Assembly (NCBI GenBank): GCA_963715335.1 | Contig: CAVQRZ010000023.1 | Coordinates: 32,001 to 96,000, forward strand | Length of the DNA: 64,000 nucleotides | Reading direction: 5' to 3' | DNA from: an uncultured delta proteobacterium | GTDB taxonomy: Bacteria; Desulfobacterota; Desulfuromonadia; Desulfuromonadales; BM103 | In this document: piece after piece, positions 10,427 to 22,241 of the stretch | Layout: the number at the start of each line of letters is the position of its first letter | Numbering within the stretch: the stretch's first letter is position 1 | Made by a program: the position numbers and the translations under genes | The notes under the pieces: generated by a model | Told to the model about the DNA's origin: nothing | What the model saw: the letters and a program-made list of their open reading frames with translations, nothing else | Database searches by the model: none

Positions 10427-10513
10427 TGGTGCCGAAGGGGAGACTCGAACTCCCACGCCCATACGAGCACTAGACCCTGAACCTAGCGTGTCTACCAATT
10501 CCACCACTTCGGC
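10427..10513 (-). tRNA. tRNA-Leu(CAG)
   Basis: 87-nt cloverleaf with long variable arm, anticodon CAG, encoded CCA. Confidence 0.97.
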
Positions 10514-10626
10514 AATCAAGCGAGGGCAATTTATAGCAAAAGGGAAATACCAATGCAATAAAAAAATCGGGGGCTTGGCACTCGGGGGCCGGGGGCTGGC
10601 AAAAGCGGACAAAAGCAGCAGTGGCG

Positions 10627-12281
10627 TTATTCAGACAGCCTTGCAGGTGCAACCATCAGCGTGCGGTAGGAGTCGACCGTAACCAGGCCTGGCCTGGCCC
10701 CTTTTGGTTTCTTTACGTCCCTGCCCCTGGCAACGATCACCTCGACCTTGCCGGCGTCCCTCCCCCTGGAGTAGCCGGCAGCGAATGCCGCGGCAAACAG
10801 CAGGTCCTCTTCGGCGACCCGGTCGGCGCTGTCTCCACATTTGAGGACCAGGTGGGAACCGGGCATCCCCTGGGCGTGAAACCAGAAGTCCTGTGCTGCA
10901 GTCATGTTGCGGCTGACATAGTCATTGGTCTTGCTGTTCTTGCCCCAGTAAAGCTGCCACCCGCCGGGCGTCACATTTTGGTACAACTGGTCCTCGGGTC
11001 TCACTGCCTGCCGCCTGCCGAGCTGCCCCTTGGTCTGTTTCAACAATCCAGCCGTTTCGAGTTCAAGCTGCACCTGGTAGAGATCATCACCGGTAGCGGC
11101 TTCCTGCAGCGAGAGTTCGACCTGGTCGAGCCACTCCATTTCCTCGCCGGTATCCTGCAAGCGCCGTTCATGATGCTCGGCAGATCGCCTGGCCTTGCGA
11201 TAGAGCTTGAAATAGCGCTCGGCATTCTCCTGTGGGTTTGCCTTATCGTCGAGCTCAATCGTCACCGGGACTGCCGGAGACCGGTAGTAGTCTTCGACGA
11301 CAACTTTGGTATCACCGCGCTTGAACCGATGCAAATTGGCAAGCAGCAGATCACCGATAATGCGGAACCGCTCCGGGTCGGCCTGCCGCTCGCTTTCGGC
11401 AGCGATATGTTCGAGTCTCTTGTTGAGCCGTTTGCGTTGTTTGTCGATCACCCCGGCCATGCGCGCGGCAAGATCTTTGACAGACTCTTTGCCCTCATCT
11501 GCCAGGGCCGCCTCGACCAGGGCCGAGAGGTCGGCAAACTCTTCCATAGCGCAACCGTGCTCGCCCAGCGAGAGCGGCAAAAACCCGCAATGATCACCCC
11601 ACGTGACCCGCAGCGCGACAAACTTGCCCGACTGGAAGACCTCCCTGATGCGCGTGATGATCGCAGCGAAACTCTGCCCTGACTGCCTTGCCATGGAGAT
11701 CGCATGGGCCAGGGCTGGCGACAGCGGGGCTATGTTGGCGCGGCTCAAATCACCCTGTGCTTCGGCTTCCTGCAGCACCGCGACAACCTCCCGGGAATCA
11801 GCGAACAGCGACAATCGTTCTTTCTGCTTCGGTAGTGCATATGGCTTCTCCAGGCAGGAGCTTGCGCGGGCCTTCTTCCCTGAAGAGCAAATCGACGATA
11901 CGACCGGCATCGTCAACCAGGACCAGGTTGCCCCGCGCACCGAACGCCTCGAAGACCAGGTCGTAAGGCTCTTTATCTGGTCCGGTAAAATGAAAATGGA
12001 CGACACGGTCCAGCGGCTCAGGCCGCACACCTGTCAACCTTCGCAGTCGAGCTCGCAGAAGTTGACAGAACCTCGGCGGGCTGGACGGGGCTGGATGGAC
12101 TTGCACGGGTCTCGAAGAAGGCCCCGCCGTCAGCCTTGAGCAGCAGCTGGAGCTTTTCCTGACCGGTCCAGAATTTCAGGACCAGGGTCCCGGCCGTGAC
12201 CTGCACAACCTTGTCGAGCCGGCTGCCGGCAAATTTGCGCCCGACCTCCGCAGCCATCGCCTGAAAGAGTACACTATCCAT
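10627..12281 (-). CDS. rqcH: NFACT/Rqc2 (RqcH, FbpA-like) protein, split by two +1 frameshifts
   Basis: Three overlapping frames rebuild the protein: MDSVLF...; FCQLLRARL...DRVV...GNLVLVD; NAERYFKLYRK...GKNSKTND...WFHAQGMPGSH. Shifts near 12108 and 11846. Confidence 0.85.
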
Positions 12282-12465
12282 GCGCAGAGCTTAGAGCAAC
12301 TCCCTGCAGGACTGCAAGACATCTCTCCAGGGACCCTGAATAAATGACCCGGACTGTTGCTTCCCGCCGGTTGGCTCATGCCCTATAAATGGTACGATTT
12401 GACTCAGATTCGACCGGCTTGTACAATTTAACGGCTTAAAGCCGTAGAATGCTTGTCTTTTCTTC

Positions 12466-12493
12466 TTGACTTAAACGATAAATTTGGCATGAT
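12466..12493 (+). promoter_or_regulatory. Candidate sigma70 promoter of metY
   Basis: TTGACT-16 nt-CATGAT with extended TG. Confidence 0.4.
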
Positions 12494-12496
12494 TAA

Positions 12497-13822
<1,326 letters not shown>

Positions 13823-13848
13823 AAGAGAGTGGGCTGCAAGCTCTGCTC

Positions 13849-14102
13849 GACCAGCTGACAAAGGCCAGCCGGATTTCACGATAGAGAGGGCAACAGATGG
13901 TTAATCTGTTGCCCTCTTTCCTTTTCTTGAAATGCTTAAAAGCAAAACCGGCGGGTCGCGTCCCGCCAGACGCCATACTTTTGTCCGGCAACAAAAGTAT
14001 GCAAAAGTGCCTTCTCTTAGCAGAGGGCTATAAACGTTCTCGGAATTTCTATGGCTTTAAGGGAAAGCAGAGGAGACGAGTCGGCCCGTTACATGGGGCC
14101 TC
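13849..14102 (+). mobile_element. Composite repeat, copy B (left part only; strongly diverged after ~14028)
   Basis: GCTGACAAA end, hairpin 13885-13917, first inner hairpins almost identical to copies C and D, GGCCC..GGGCC hairpin retained. Confidence 0.85.
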
Positions 14103-14341
14103 GCAGCACAGCTCTCAATATGGTGTGGCAAGTTCACACTGAGGAGACATCCTGCAACCGGCAGGTACGGAACTTAAGCCCTTGAATCTGAGCGACACTT
14201 AAAATCAAGTATCCCGATTAAAATACAAAAAAACCAAACCGGCAGTTTTGTATACTGCCGGACGGCATAACCTTGTATTTTTTTGCCAGTCAAACAGCAA
14301 CATGCTATCCTGCCGCAAATTTCACAGAGAGTCTCTGCATC

Positions 14342-15229
14342 ATGCGTTATTGGCTGGAATACATCCCTTTTCTTACCATTGCAACGATCATACGCCTTTT
14401 GCCCCGCGGCGCCGCCCTGGCCCTTGGCCGGCAACTGGGTGCCGCAGGGCGGCACCTGCAGCCGAGACGGGTAAAAATTGCTGACGATAACCTGCGCCAT
14501 GCGTTCCCGCAAATGTCCCGGGAAGAGAGAGAGAACCTCGTGAAACGGGTTTTCCGTGACTTGGGGCTCGGCTTCATCGAGATGCTCCGTCTCGACAAGT
14601 TTCACGGCAAAGATGGTCTGGAAAAATTCTTTACTATTGAAGGGATTGAACACGTCCATGAAGCGCTGGCGTTGGGCCGCGGATGTATTCTCCTGACCGG
14701 GCATCTTGGCTTCTGGGAAGCCGGCAACTACGTCTTCCCGGTACTCGGCATTCCTACCGGAATTGTGGCAAAACCGATGAAGAACCCCCTGGTGGATGCA
14801 TACTTCCGGCGCATGCGCGAAGCTTATGGCGGCTACATTATCGACACTCACAAAGGCGCAAGAAGGATCTTCAAAGCCTTGCAGAACAATCACGCGGTCG
14901 GCATCCTTATGGATCAGCATATGCCACGCAGCCAGGCGGTCCGCGTGCCGTTTTTCGGCCGGCCGGCCTACACCACACCGATCATCGCCCAACTTGCCAT
15001 GAAGAATCAGGTACCGATCGTTCCGGCCTTTGCATACCGTAATCCTGACAACACATACCGGGTCAAGGTGTCGCCGCTGTTCTTTCTTAAGAAAGATCTT
15101 TCCGACGAGGGGATTCTCGCCAATACAGCACTCATGACAACGGTAATTGAGAATGGTATCAGGGAGGATGTCAGTCAATGGTTCTGGGTCCACCGCCGTT
15201 GGAAACACATGAAAAAAGATGCCGAATAA
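14342..15229 (+). CDS. lpxL: Lipid A lauroyl/late acyltransferase (LpxL/HtrB family)
   Basis: HLGFWE, MDQ...VPFFG, QWFWVHRRWK; start placed at ATG 14342. Confidence 0.9.
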   Translation: MRYWLEYIPFLTIATIIRLLPRGAALALGRQLGAAGRHLQPRRVKIADDNLRHAFPQMSREERENLVKRVFRDLGLGFIEMLRLDKFHGKDGLEKFFTIEGIEHVHEALALGRGCILLTGHLGFWEAGNYVFPVLGIPTGIVAKPMKNPLVDAYFRRMREAYGGYIIDTHKGARRIFKALQNNHAVGILMDQHMPRSQAVRVPFFGRPAYTTPIIAQLAMKNQVPIVPAFAYRNPDNTYRVKVSPLFFLKKDLSDEGILANTALMTTVIENGIREDVSQWFWVHRRWKHMKKDAE

Positions 15230-15695
15230 TCTTCCGCCTTTCCATATCGTACTGATTGAACCGGAGATCCCGCCGAACACCGGAAATATCGCCCGGCTGT
15301 GCGGGGCCACCGGCAGCATACTGCACCTGGTCGGAAAACTCGGTTTTTCGATCGACGATAAACACCTCAAACGGGCGGGGCTGGATTACTGGCAAGCGAT
15401 CGATATTCGCAGATGGGAATCCTTTGCCGAACTGCAGGCCGCGCATCCTGACAGCCGGTTCTGGTACACCTCGAAAAAGGCTACGAAAACTTATTTTCAG
15501 GCAGCTTTCGAGCCCGGCGACTTTCTGGTCTTTGGCAAGGAAACCCTCGGCCTCCCAGAAGACCTCCTCAGTGACAACAGCGAAAGCGCTATCCGGATTC
15601 CGATTAAGAACCCGATCGTGCGCAGCCTGAACCTGTCAACCGCAGCAGGAATTGTGCTCTACGAAGCGTTGCGGCAGACCGGGCAAGTCGGTTAA
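15219..15695 (+). CDS. trmL: tRNA (cytidine34-2'-O)-methyltransferase
   Basis: PEIPPNTGNI, RAGLDYW, FGKET, RSLNLS. Confidence 0.97.
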   Translation: MPNNLPPFHIVLIEPEIPPNTGNIARLCGATGSILHLVGKLGFSIDDKHLKRAGLDYWQAIDIRRWESFAELQAAHPDSRFWYTSKKATKTYFQAAFEPGDFLVFGKETLGLPEDLLSDNSESAIRIPIKNPIVRSLNLSTAAGIVLYEALRQTGQVG

Positions 15696-15735
15696 CAAGT
15701 CTTGCCCGCAGCCTGGGGCACTCAATAGAGCGCCT

Positions 15736-16373
15736 CAGGCTGCGGAAAAAGTTCAGATTTCATGTATAGAGATGGCAACAGATGGTGAATCTGTTGCCCT
15801 TTTTCCTTTTCTTTAAATCTTAAAAGCAATACCGGCGGGTCGCGTCCCGCCCGACGCCATACTTTTGTCCGGCAACAAAAGTATGCAAAAGTGCCTTCTC
15901 CTTGCGGAGGGCATCTCCTTTGCCGGATCTCTGTGACTTCAAGAAGCTGCTGTGATGGGATCCGGCCCTGTGTCAAAGGGCCTGACCTTTCTGTGTGATT
16001 TACCAGGGAAAAGCCAAAACAATTTCTACCGACGCAAACCTCCACAAAAGGAGAGGCTCTCAAGAGCCTCGGTTCCTGCGGGGGAAGCGTAGACTTTTGA
16101 TCGTTTAGAACGTTCTGCATTGAGGTCGCCGCCACTCCGAGCCAGACATGCCCAGCGCAGCGCAGGCCTTTTTCTGCTTACTCTTTTGGGCCAGCAAAAG
16201 AGTAAGGCGCAGTCGGGGGGCGCAACCCCCGGGTTCTGCTTTTGTCTTTGTTTTCCAGAGAACAAAAGCAAAGGGCAACAGATGAACCATCTGTTGCCCT
16301 TAGTTTCATAAAAACTCCACTTGCCAGGCAAAAAAACAGACCCCGCATCGGTGCGGGGTCTGTCAACAATCTG
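15736..16373 (+). mobile_element. Composite repeat, copy C (most complete, 638 bp)
   Basis: Ends CAGGCTGCGGAAAAA and TCTGTCAACAATCTG; hairpins 15774-15798 and 16271-16301; flanks share CAATAG(A/G)GCGCC. Confidence 0.92.
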
Positions 16374-16412
16374 ACACGCCCCAATAGGGCGCCATTTTTA
16401 ATGGAGCTGAGC

Positions 16413-17723
16413 TTACTGCAGCTGGTTTTCAATGCGAATCAGCAAAGTTTCCTGCTGGATCACATCCAGTTCATCGATCTCTCGCAACGCATTCGCAACG
16501 TTGCTTTCTGATGCCTCATGAGTCACGAATACAATCGGCACGGCCCCGACTTCATGTCGATGAGGCTGGACCATCGATTCAATACTGATGTCATACTTGC
16601 CCAGAATCCCGGAGATCTGCGACAGGACACCGGGCTGATCCTTGACCATACACCTCATGTAGTAGGATGAAACGATCTCTTCCATCGATCTGATCTTGTA
16701 CATGGCAAGCTTGGATTGTGGGCAGCCAAGGGCGGTCGATCTTTTGCCGGTGTCGGCAAGCAGATCCCTGGCGATCGACAGCACATCCCCCACCACGGCA
16801 CTTGCCGTGGCATCCATCCCCGCACCATACCCTGAAAGCATGACAGGGCCTGAGAAATCCCCGACCAGGCGAACACCATTAAAGACACCGTTGATCGCTG
16901 CCAGGGGATAATCTTCGGGGATCATGGTCGGGTGCACGCGGGCTTCAATCTCGTCGCCAATACGTTTGCCGATCGCCAGGAGCTTGAGTTTGAAGCCAAA
17001 GTCACGCGCATACTCAATATCCAGGGCCGTGACCTTGCTGATCCCTTCCGTATAAACCTTGTTGAAATCGACTTTTGTGCCAAAGCAAAGACTGACCAGC
17101 AAGGCCAGTTTATGGGCCGTATCGATCCCCTCGACATCAAACGTAGGGTCCGCTTCAGCGTACCCTTGCTGCTGGGCATCGGCAAGTACATCGGAGAAGC
17201 TGTCGCCGGCGTCTTCCATCCGGGTCAGGATATAGTTGCAGGTACCGTTCAGAATGCCATATATGGCAGAGAAGTTGTTGGCACCGAGGTTTTCCTTGAT
17301 CGCTGAAATTACCGGGATTCCCCCGCCCACGGCGGCTTCAAACATGACTGCCACGCCGGCTTCTTCCGCAGCCCGGAAGATTTCATCACCATGCAGGGCC
17401 AACAGGGCCTTGTTCGCGGTTACGATATGTTTGCCATTGCGAATCGCCTCCAGGACAAAGGTCCGTGCCGGCTCATAACCACCGATCAGCTCGATAACAA
17501 TCTGGACTTCGGGGTCACTGAGCATGGCCTGAGCGTCATCCGTCAACAATCCGGCCGGCAACTGCACACCGCGATCTGTCGTCGTATCGAGATCAGCGAT
17601 GCGTACCAGGTCGATCCCTGTACCAAGACGACTGGACAGAACCTCCTGGTTCTGCTGGATAATCTTCACAACACCGGTTCCGATTGTGCCGAAGCCCAAC
17701 AATCCAATTTTTATATTCTGCAT
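16413..17723 (-). CDS. hom: Homoserine dehydrogenase
   Basis: GFGTIG, TANKA, EAAVGGGIP, GYAEADP, C-terminal ACT domain. Confidence 0.98.
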   Translation of the reverse strand: MQNIKIGLLGFGTIGTGVVKIIQQNQEVLSSRLGTGIDLVRIADLDTTTDRGVQLPAGLLTDDAQAMLSDPEVQIVIELIGGYEPARTFVLEAIRNGKHIVTANKALLALHGDEIFRAAEEAGVAVMFEAAVGGGIPVISAIKENLGANNFSAIYGILNGTCNYILTRMEDAGDSFSDVLADAQQQGYAEADPTFDVEGIDTAHKLALLVSLCFGTKVDFNKVYTEGISKVTALDIEYARDFGFKLKLLAIGKRIGDEIEARVHPTMIPEDYPLAAINGVFNGVRLVGDFSGPVMLSGYGAGMDATASAVVGDVLSIARDLLADTGKRSTALGCPQSKLAMYKIRSMEEIVSSYYMRCMVKDQPGVLSQISGILGKYDISIESMVQPHRHEVGAVPIVFVTHEASESNVANALREIDELDVIQQETLLIRIENQLQ

Positions 17724-17768
17724 GAGGCCAACCTTTTCTTTGCTAGTACTTTACCTGTTTCGTAAAAG

Positions 17769-18230
17769 CTAAACCGCCACATCAGTGGAGCAGGTATAGC
17801 GACAAAATTGAATGCCTTTTCCAGCAGTTTCGAGTGCACCCTTGATCTGCTCGTGAAGGACTTTCACATCGATCTCAGCATGCGGGGAAAACGCCAGAGA
17901 CAGATCGTTGAAACCGGCCTTCTGTGCGACCATCAGCATATGTCGGACCAGAGAAGCGTGGGTCTCCTCACAGAGGCCCTGCCATTTGCCGCCGCCGACA
18001 AAAAGAACCCGGTCAGCCTTAACCTTGCCGTTTCCCTGTAAAAGCACATGCTCACCGGCCCGGCCATGCACCTCGCCAGCGAGGAGCATTCCGGTCAACT
18101 GACCGTCCAGCCGCCAGTCAAGGACTGCAGCAGGACCGTCCAGCGGTTTCTGATCAACAAAATAGAGAGCAACAACGGACATACCGGTCAGCTGATCGGC
18201 AGGTTGCTTGACGAGTTCAGGCTGAGTCAT
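17769..18230 (-). CDS. Peptidase M17 N-terminal-domain-like protein
   Basis: PLDGPAAVLDWRLDGQLT...GEHVLL; overlaps the nusB stop. Confidence 0.7.
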   Translation of the reverse strand: MTQPELVKQPADQLTGMSVVALYFVDQKPLDGPAAVLDWRLDGQLTGMLLAGEVHGRAGEHVLLQGNGKVKADRVLFVGGGKWQGLCEETHASLVRHMLMVAQKAGFNDLSLAFSPHAEIDVKVLHEQIKGALETAGKGIQFCRYTCSTDVAV

Positions 18231-18700
18231 GATGTTGAGGGACGATGTTGTTGCGCGATGTGATCAAGGACACCGTTAATAAATGAAGGCGTTTCCTCTG
18301 TGCCAAACCGCTTGCCAAGTTCTATCGCTTCATTGAGCACGACATTGTGAGGGACATCCGGGGAATAAATCAGTTCGAATGTCGCCAGCCGGAGAATTGC
18401 CAGATCGACCCTGGCCATACGGTCCAATGCCCAATTGGTCGAATAGGAATTAATTTCCCGGTCTATCTGCTCGAGGTTTTCGGCGACGCCGCAAACCAGC
18501 AGCTCGGCAAAGTGCCTGACTTCAGGCCTTTGAGAGTCCGGAGCATCCTCTACAACCTCGCCCAGGACATCATTGCGAAACTGAAAATTCTGCCAGAAAC
18601 CCTTGAGAACGGCCTCAAGCGAACCACCCTCGTGGTCCTCCAGACTGTATAGGACTTTCAGGGCCATTTCGCGTCCCTGCCGCCTTATTCCTCGCGCCAT
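18227..18700 (-). CDS. nusB: Transcription antitermination factor NusB
   Basis: RRQGRE, NWALDRMARVD, NEAIELGKRFG, FINGVLD; start ATG 18700. Confidence 0.97.
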   Translation of the reverse strand: MARGIRRQGREMALKVLYSLEDHEGGSLEAVLKGFWQNFQFRNDVLGEVVEDAPDSQRPEVRHFAELLVCGVAENLEQIDREINSYSTNWALDRMARVDLAILRLATFELIYSPDVPHNVVLNEAIELGKRFGTEETPSFINGVLDHIAQQHRPSTS

Positions 18701-18707
18701 TATGTTA

Positions 18708-19172
18708 TCAGAGTGCCTTGTAGAGGTTGGCCATTTCAATAGCGGCGACTGCGGCATCAAACCCCTTGTTCCCGGCTTTGCTGCCGGCGCGCTCGATCGC
18801 CTGTTCAATCGTATCGGTCGTCAGTACCCCAAAAGTGACCGGGATGCCCGAATCAATGGAAACACTGGCAACCCCCTTGGAGACCTCCGCACTGACATAT
18901 TCGAAGTGCGGAGTCGCGCCGCGGATCACTGCTCCAAGGCAGACAATGGCGTCATAACGCCCGGATTGAGCCATCTGCTTTGCAGTCGGCGGTATTTCAA
19001 AGGCCCCGGGGACACGCACGACGCTGATGTCGTCTTGCTCGCCACCATGTCGCAGCAGCGCATCGATTGCTCCCTCAACAAGTCGGTCGCTGACAAAACT
19101 GTTGAAACGACTGACCAGCAAGCCGACCCGCAACCCTTTGGCATCCAATTTTCCTTCGATAATCTTGGGCAT
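18708..19172 (-). CDS. ribH: 6,7-dimethyl-8-ribityllumazine synthase
   Basis: [22 protein letters not shown]. Confidence 0.98.
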   Translation of the reverse strand: MPKIIEGKLDAKGLRVGLLVSRFNSFVSDRLVEGAIDALLRHGGEQDDISVVRVPGAFEIPPTAKQMAQSGRYDAIVCLGAVIRGATPHFEYVSAEVSKGVASVSIDSGIPVTFGVLTTDTIEQAIERAGSKAGNKGFDAAVAAIEMANLYKAL

Positions 19173-19213
19173 ATCAATCTCCCGGGACAAGGTCCGAAAC
19201 CGAAGTTTCGGAG

Positions 19214-20419
19214 TTATAAATTTTCCAATAGATGACCAAGTTTTTCCTGCTTGGTCTTGAGATACTTCAAGTTGCTCTTGGTGGCCTTGATCTCGATCGG
19301 AACCCGCTCGACAATTTCCAGGCCATAACCTTCAAGCCCAATTATTTTACGCGGATTATTGGTCAACAGACGGATCTTTCTGACCCCCAGTTCGCTAAGA
19401 ATCTGTGCGCCGATACCGTAATCACGCAGGTCGGCCTGAAAACCAAGAGCCTCATTGGCTTCGACAGTGTCGCATCCATCGTCCTGAAGGTTGTAAGCCT
19501 TGAGCTTATTAACCAGGCCAATACCGCGACCTTCCTGGCGCATGTAGAGGACGACGCCTCTGCCTTCCTTTTCGATAATACGCATCGAGGTATGCAACTG
19601 GTCACCGCAGTCACAGCGCTCCGAACCGAAAACATCTCCGGTCAGGCATTCGGAGTGGACCCTCACCAGGATCGGCTCATCTGGCTTGATGTCCCCTTTG
19701 TACAGGGCGAGATGCTGCGAGCTGTCAACTTCATTGTCATAAACCACCGCGTTGAATTCTCCCCCTGACCTAGTCGGCAGACGGGTTTCCGCAACGCGTG
19801 TAATGAGCAATTCCTTGCGCATGCGGTAAGCAACCATATCGGCGATTGTGACTATTTTCAACTGATGTTTATCAGCAAATTTAACCAGTTCTGGCATGCG
19901 TGCCATGGTACCGTCATCGTTCATGATCTCGCAGATGACACCGGCAGGCTTCAACCCTGCCATGCGGGCCAGGTCAACCGAACCCTCGGTCTGTCCTGCG
20001 CGCACCATAACTCCGCCTTTTTTGGCACGCAACGGAAAGACATGGCCCGGTCGGGCCAGGTCATTGGCGGTGGTTTCATCAGCTATGGCAACCTGAATGG
20101 TGCGGGCCCGGTCTGCGGCAGAGATTCCGGTCGTCACCCCGCGGCGGGCCTCGATAGAAATGGTAAAGGCGGTACCGAAAGAGGATGAGTTATTTTGAAC
20201 CATTAATGGCAAGTCAAGGTGATCCGCACGGTCTTCGGTCAAGGAAAGGCAGATCAGGCCACGGCCTTCCCTGGCCATAAAATTGACTGCTTCCGGAGTA
20301 ACCATTTCAGCCGCCATGCAGAGGTCGCCCTCGTTCTCCCGGTCTTCGTCATCGACCAGGACAACCATTTTCCCCTGACGGATATCTTCTAGGGCCTCTT
20401 TGACACGCGCTAATAGCAT
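19214..20419 (-). CDS. ribBA: Bifunctional DHBP synthase / GTP cyclohydrolase II
   Basis: [33 protein letters not shown]. Confidence 0.98.
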   Translation of the reverse strand: MLLARVKEALEDIRQGKMVVLVDDEDRENEGDLCMAAEMVTPEAVNFMAREGRGLICLSLTEDRADHLDLPLMVQNNSSSFGTAFTISIEARRGVTTGISAADRARTIQVAIADETTANDLARPGHVFPLRAKKGGVMVRAGQTEGSVDLARMAGLKPAGVICEIMNDDGTMARMPELVKFADKHQLKIVTIADMVAYRMRKELLITRVAETRLPTRSGGEFNAVVYDNEVDSSQHLALYKGDIKPDEPILVRVHSECLTGDVFGSERCDCGDQLHTSMRIIEKEGRGVVLYMRQEGRGIGLVNKLKAYNLQDDGCDTVEANEALGFQADLRDYGIGAQILSELGVRKIRLLTNNPRKIIGLEGYGLEIVERVPIEIKATKSNLKYLKTKQEKLGHLLENL

Positions 20420-20463
20420 AAAACTTCCCAATCTCTATAGGTTTCGCAAGGCTTCAAAATATC

Positions 20464-21111
20464 TCACAAAAAACCATGCTTGGCAAGGGTCTCCATCGTT
20501 ACGCCCTGCACCTTGCCATGGCCGCCATGCTGTAAAAAACGGGCAACATACTTGCCGATCAGGTCGGTCTCGATATTGACTTCATCACCGACTTTACGCT
20601 CCTGTAAAGTGGTCATGGCAAGAGTGTGGGGAATAACCGCAAGCGAAAAGGAATCGCTTTTTACTTGATTGACTGTCAGGCTGATCCCGTCAACGGCGAC
20701 GCTACCCTTGTCAACCAGTTGACTGAACAAGGTCGCGTCACCCTGGAACCTGAACCGCCAGGAATTGCCATCCTGCCGGCGCTCAACAAGCCGTGCCAGT
20801 CCATCCACGTGACCCGTGACCAGGTGCCCCCCGAGGCGATCAGAAAGCCGCAGTGCGCGCTCCAGGTTGACGCGCGATCCCGCAGAAAGTCGGCCCAAGG
20901 TTGTACAGTCGAGCGTTTCCGGAGAAACATCCGCAGAAAAAGCCCCCTCTGCGAACCGGGTTACGGTCAGGCAGACACCGTTGATCGCAATACTTTCACC
21001 GAGAGTGAATTCCACCATTGGCAAAGCCGTACCAACCGTCAGGACAGCCTGGCCTGCTCCGGTGCGGATGTCGCGTAAGATGCCGAGGTCCTCAATCAGG
21101 CCGGTGAACAT
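20464..21111 (-). CDS. ribE: Riboflavin synthase
   Basis: MFTGLIE, GVCLTV, VNLERAL, GGHLVTGHVD. Confidence 0.98.
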   Translation of the reverse strand: MFTGLIEDLGILRDIRTGAGQAVLTVGTALPMVEFTLGESIAINGVCLTVTRFAEGAFSADVSPETLDCTTLGRLSAGSRVNLERALRLSDRLGGHLVTGHVDGLARLVERRQDGNSWRFRFQGDATLFSQLVDKGSVAVDGISLTVNQVKSDSFSLAVIPHTLAMTTLQERKVGDEVNIETDLIGKYVARFLQHGGHGKVQGVTMETLAKHGFL

Positions 21112-22204
21112 ACTGCACCTCCCCTTCTATAAGAATATCGCAATCAACCCACCGGGTCTGCAACTCTTTCAAAGTGAAAGCCTTGCTGATGGCGTCAACG
21201 CCTTCACCCGTGAAGAGGCTCCGGCCTTCCCCACCGACCAGCTTCGGCGCGACGAAAATCATCAACCGGTCGACAAGCTCAGATTTCAGCATCGCCGCCG
21301 CCAGCTTGCTCCCCCCTTCAAGGAGGAGAGACTGAAGGTTTCGCCTGCCGAGTTCAATCAGCGCCTCATGCAAATCCAGGCCAGCTGCATGGCGCCGGAC
21401 CTGTATCACCTCAACACCTGCGGCCAGGAATGGTTGAACTTTCTCGGGACCATGTTCAGCAGCAGTGATCAAAAGAGATCCTGCCTGCGACGACTGAGTG
21501 TACACGTTCGCCTGCGGCGATGTTGAGAGCGAGCCGTCCAGGACAATTCGCACCGGGTCGCGACCTGGTACAGTCAATCTGGTTGTCAGTTTCGGATCGT
21601 CCGATTTCACGGTTCCCGAGCCGACCATAATGCCGTCGACCTGGTTACGAAACAGGTGGACCAGCTGCCGACTTTGTTCGCATGAGATCCATTTGGAGTC
21701 ACCGCTGGCTGTAGCCGTCTGACCATCCAGGGTCATGGCAGCCTTGTAGACAACGTACGGCAAGCCAGTCTTTAAAATCTTGCTAAAAGGCGCAATCAGG
21801 GTTCGGCATTCCGATCCGTTAAGCCCTTCGGTGACCTGGATCCCGGCATTCTGCAGGCGAATGATCCCTTTGCCGGCAACCTGCGGGTTGGGGTCAAGGG
21901 TTCCGACATGGACCCTGACGACACCTGCCTCGATGATCGCTTCCGTGCATGGGCCGGTTCGGCCAGTGTGACAGCATGGCTCGAGAGTAACATAGAGGTC
22001 CGCTCCTCGTGCGAGGGCGCCCGCCTCCCGTAACGCAAAGATTTCGGCATGCGGTTCCCCGGCTGCAGGGTGAAACCCTTCACCGACAACCTTGCCATCG
22101 CGTACGAGTACGGCACCAACCGGAGGATTGGGTGCTGTTCGGCCCAGCCCCATGCGGGCCAGAACAAGGGCTTGCTGCATGAATTGATCAGACTGGATTG
22201 TCAT
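21092..22204 (-). CDS. ribD: Riboflavin biosynthesis deaminase/reductase
   Basis: PNPPVG, HAE, TLEPC, EGG; start ATG 22204. Confidence 0.97.
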   Translation of the reverse strand: MTIQSDQFMQQALVLARMGLGRTAPNPPVGAVLVRDGKVVGEGFHPAAGEPHAEIFALREAGALARGADLYVTLEPCCHTGRTGPCTEAIIEAGVVRVHVGTLDPNPQVAGKGIIRLQNAGIQVTEGLNGSECRTLIAPFSKILKTGLPYVVYKAAMTLDGQTATASGDSKWISCEQSRQLVHLFRNQVDGIMVGSGTVKSDDPKLTTRLTVPGRDPVRIVLDGSLSTSPQANVYTQSSQAGSLLITAAEHGPEKVQPFLAAGVEVIQVRRHAAGLDLHEALIELGRRNLQSLLLEGGSKLAAAMLKSELVDRLMIFVAPKLVGGEGRSLFTGEGVDAISKAFTLKELQTRWVDCDILIEGEVQYVHRPD

Positions 22205-22241
22205 GATGGCTCGCTGTGCACCACCGAGCAGCGGAGAGGTG

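Noticed and set aside
11798..12281. Programmed frameshifting in rqcH
   Set aside because: No slippery sequence or stimulatory structure; similar indels occur in unrelated genes.
13885..13917. Hairpin H copies as a CRISPR array
   Set aside because: Copies are dispersed or ~500 bp apart with conserved rather than unique intervening sequence, and there are no cas genes.
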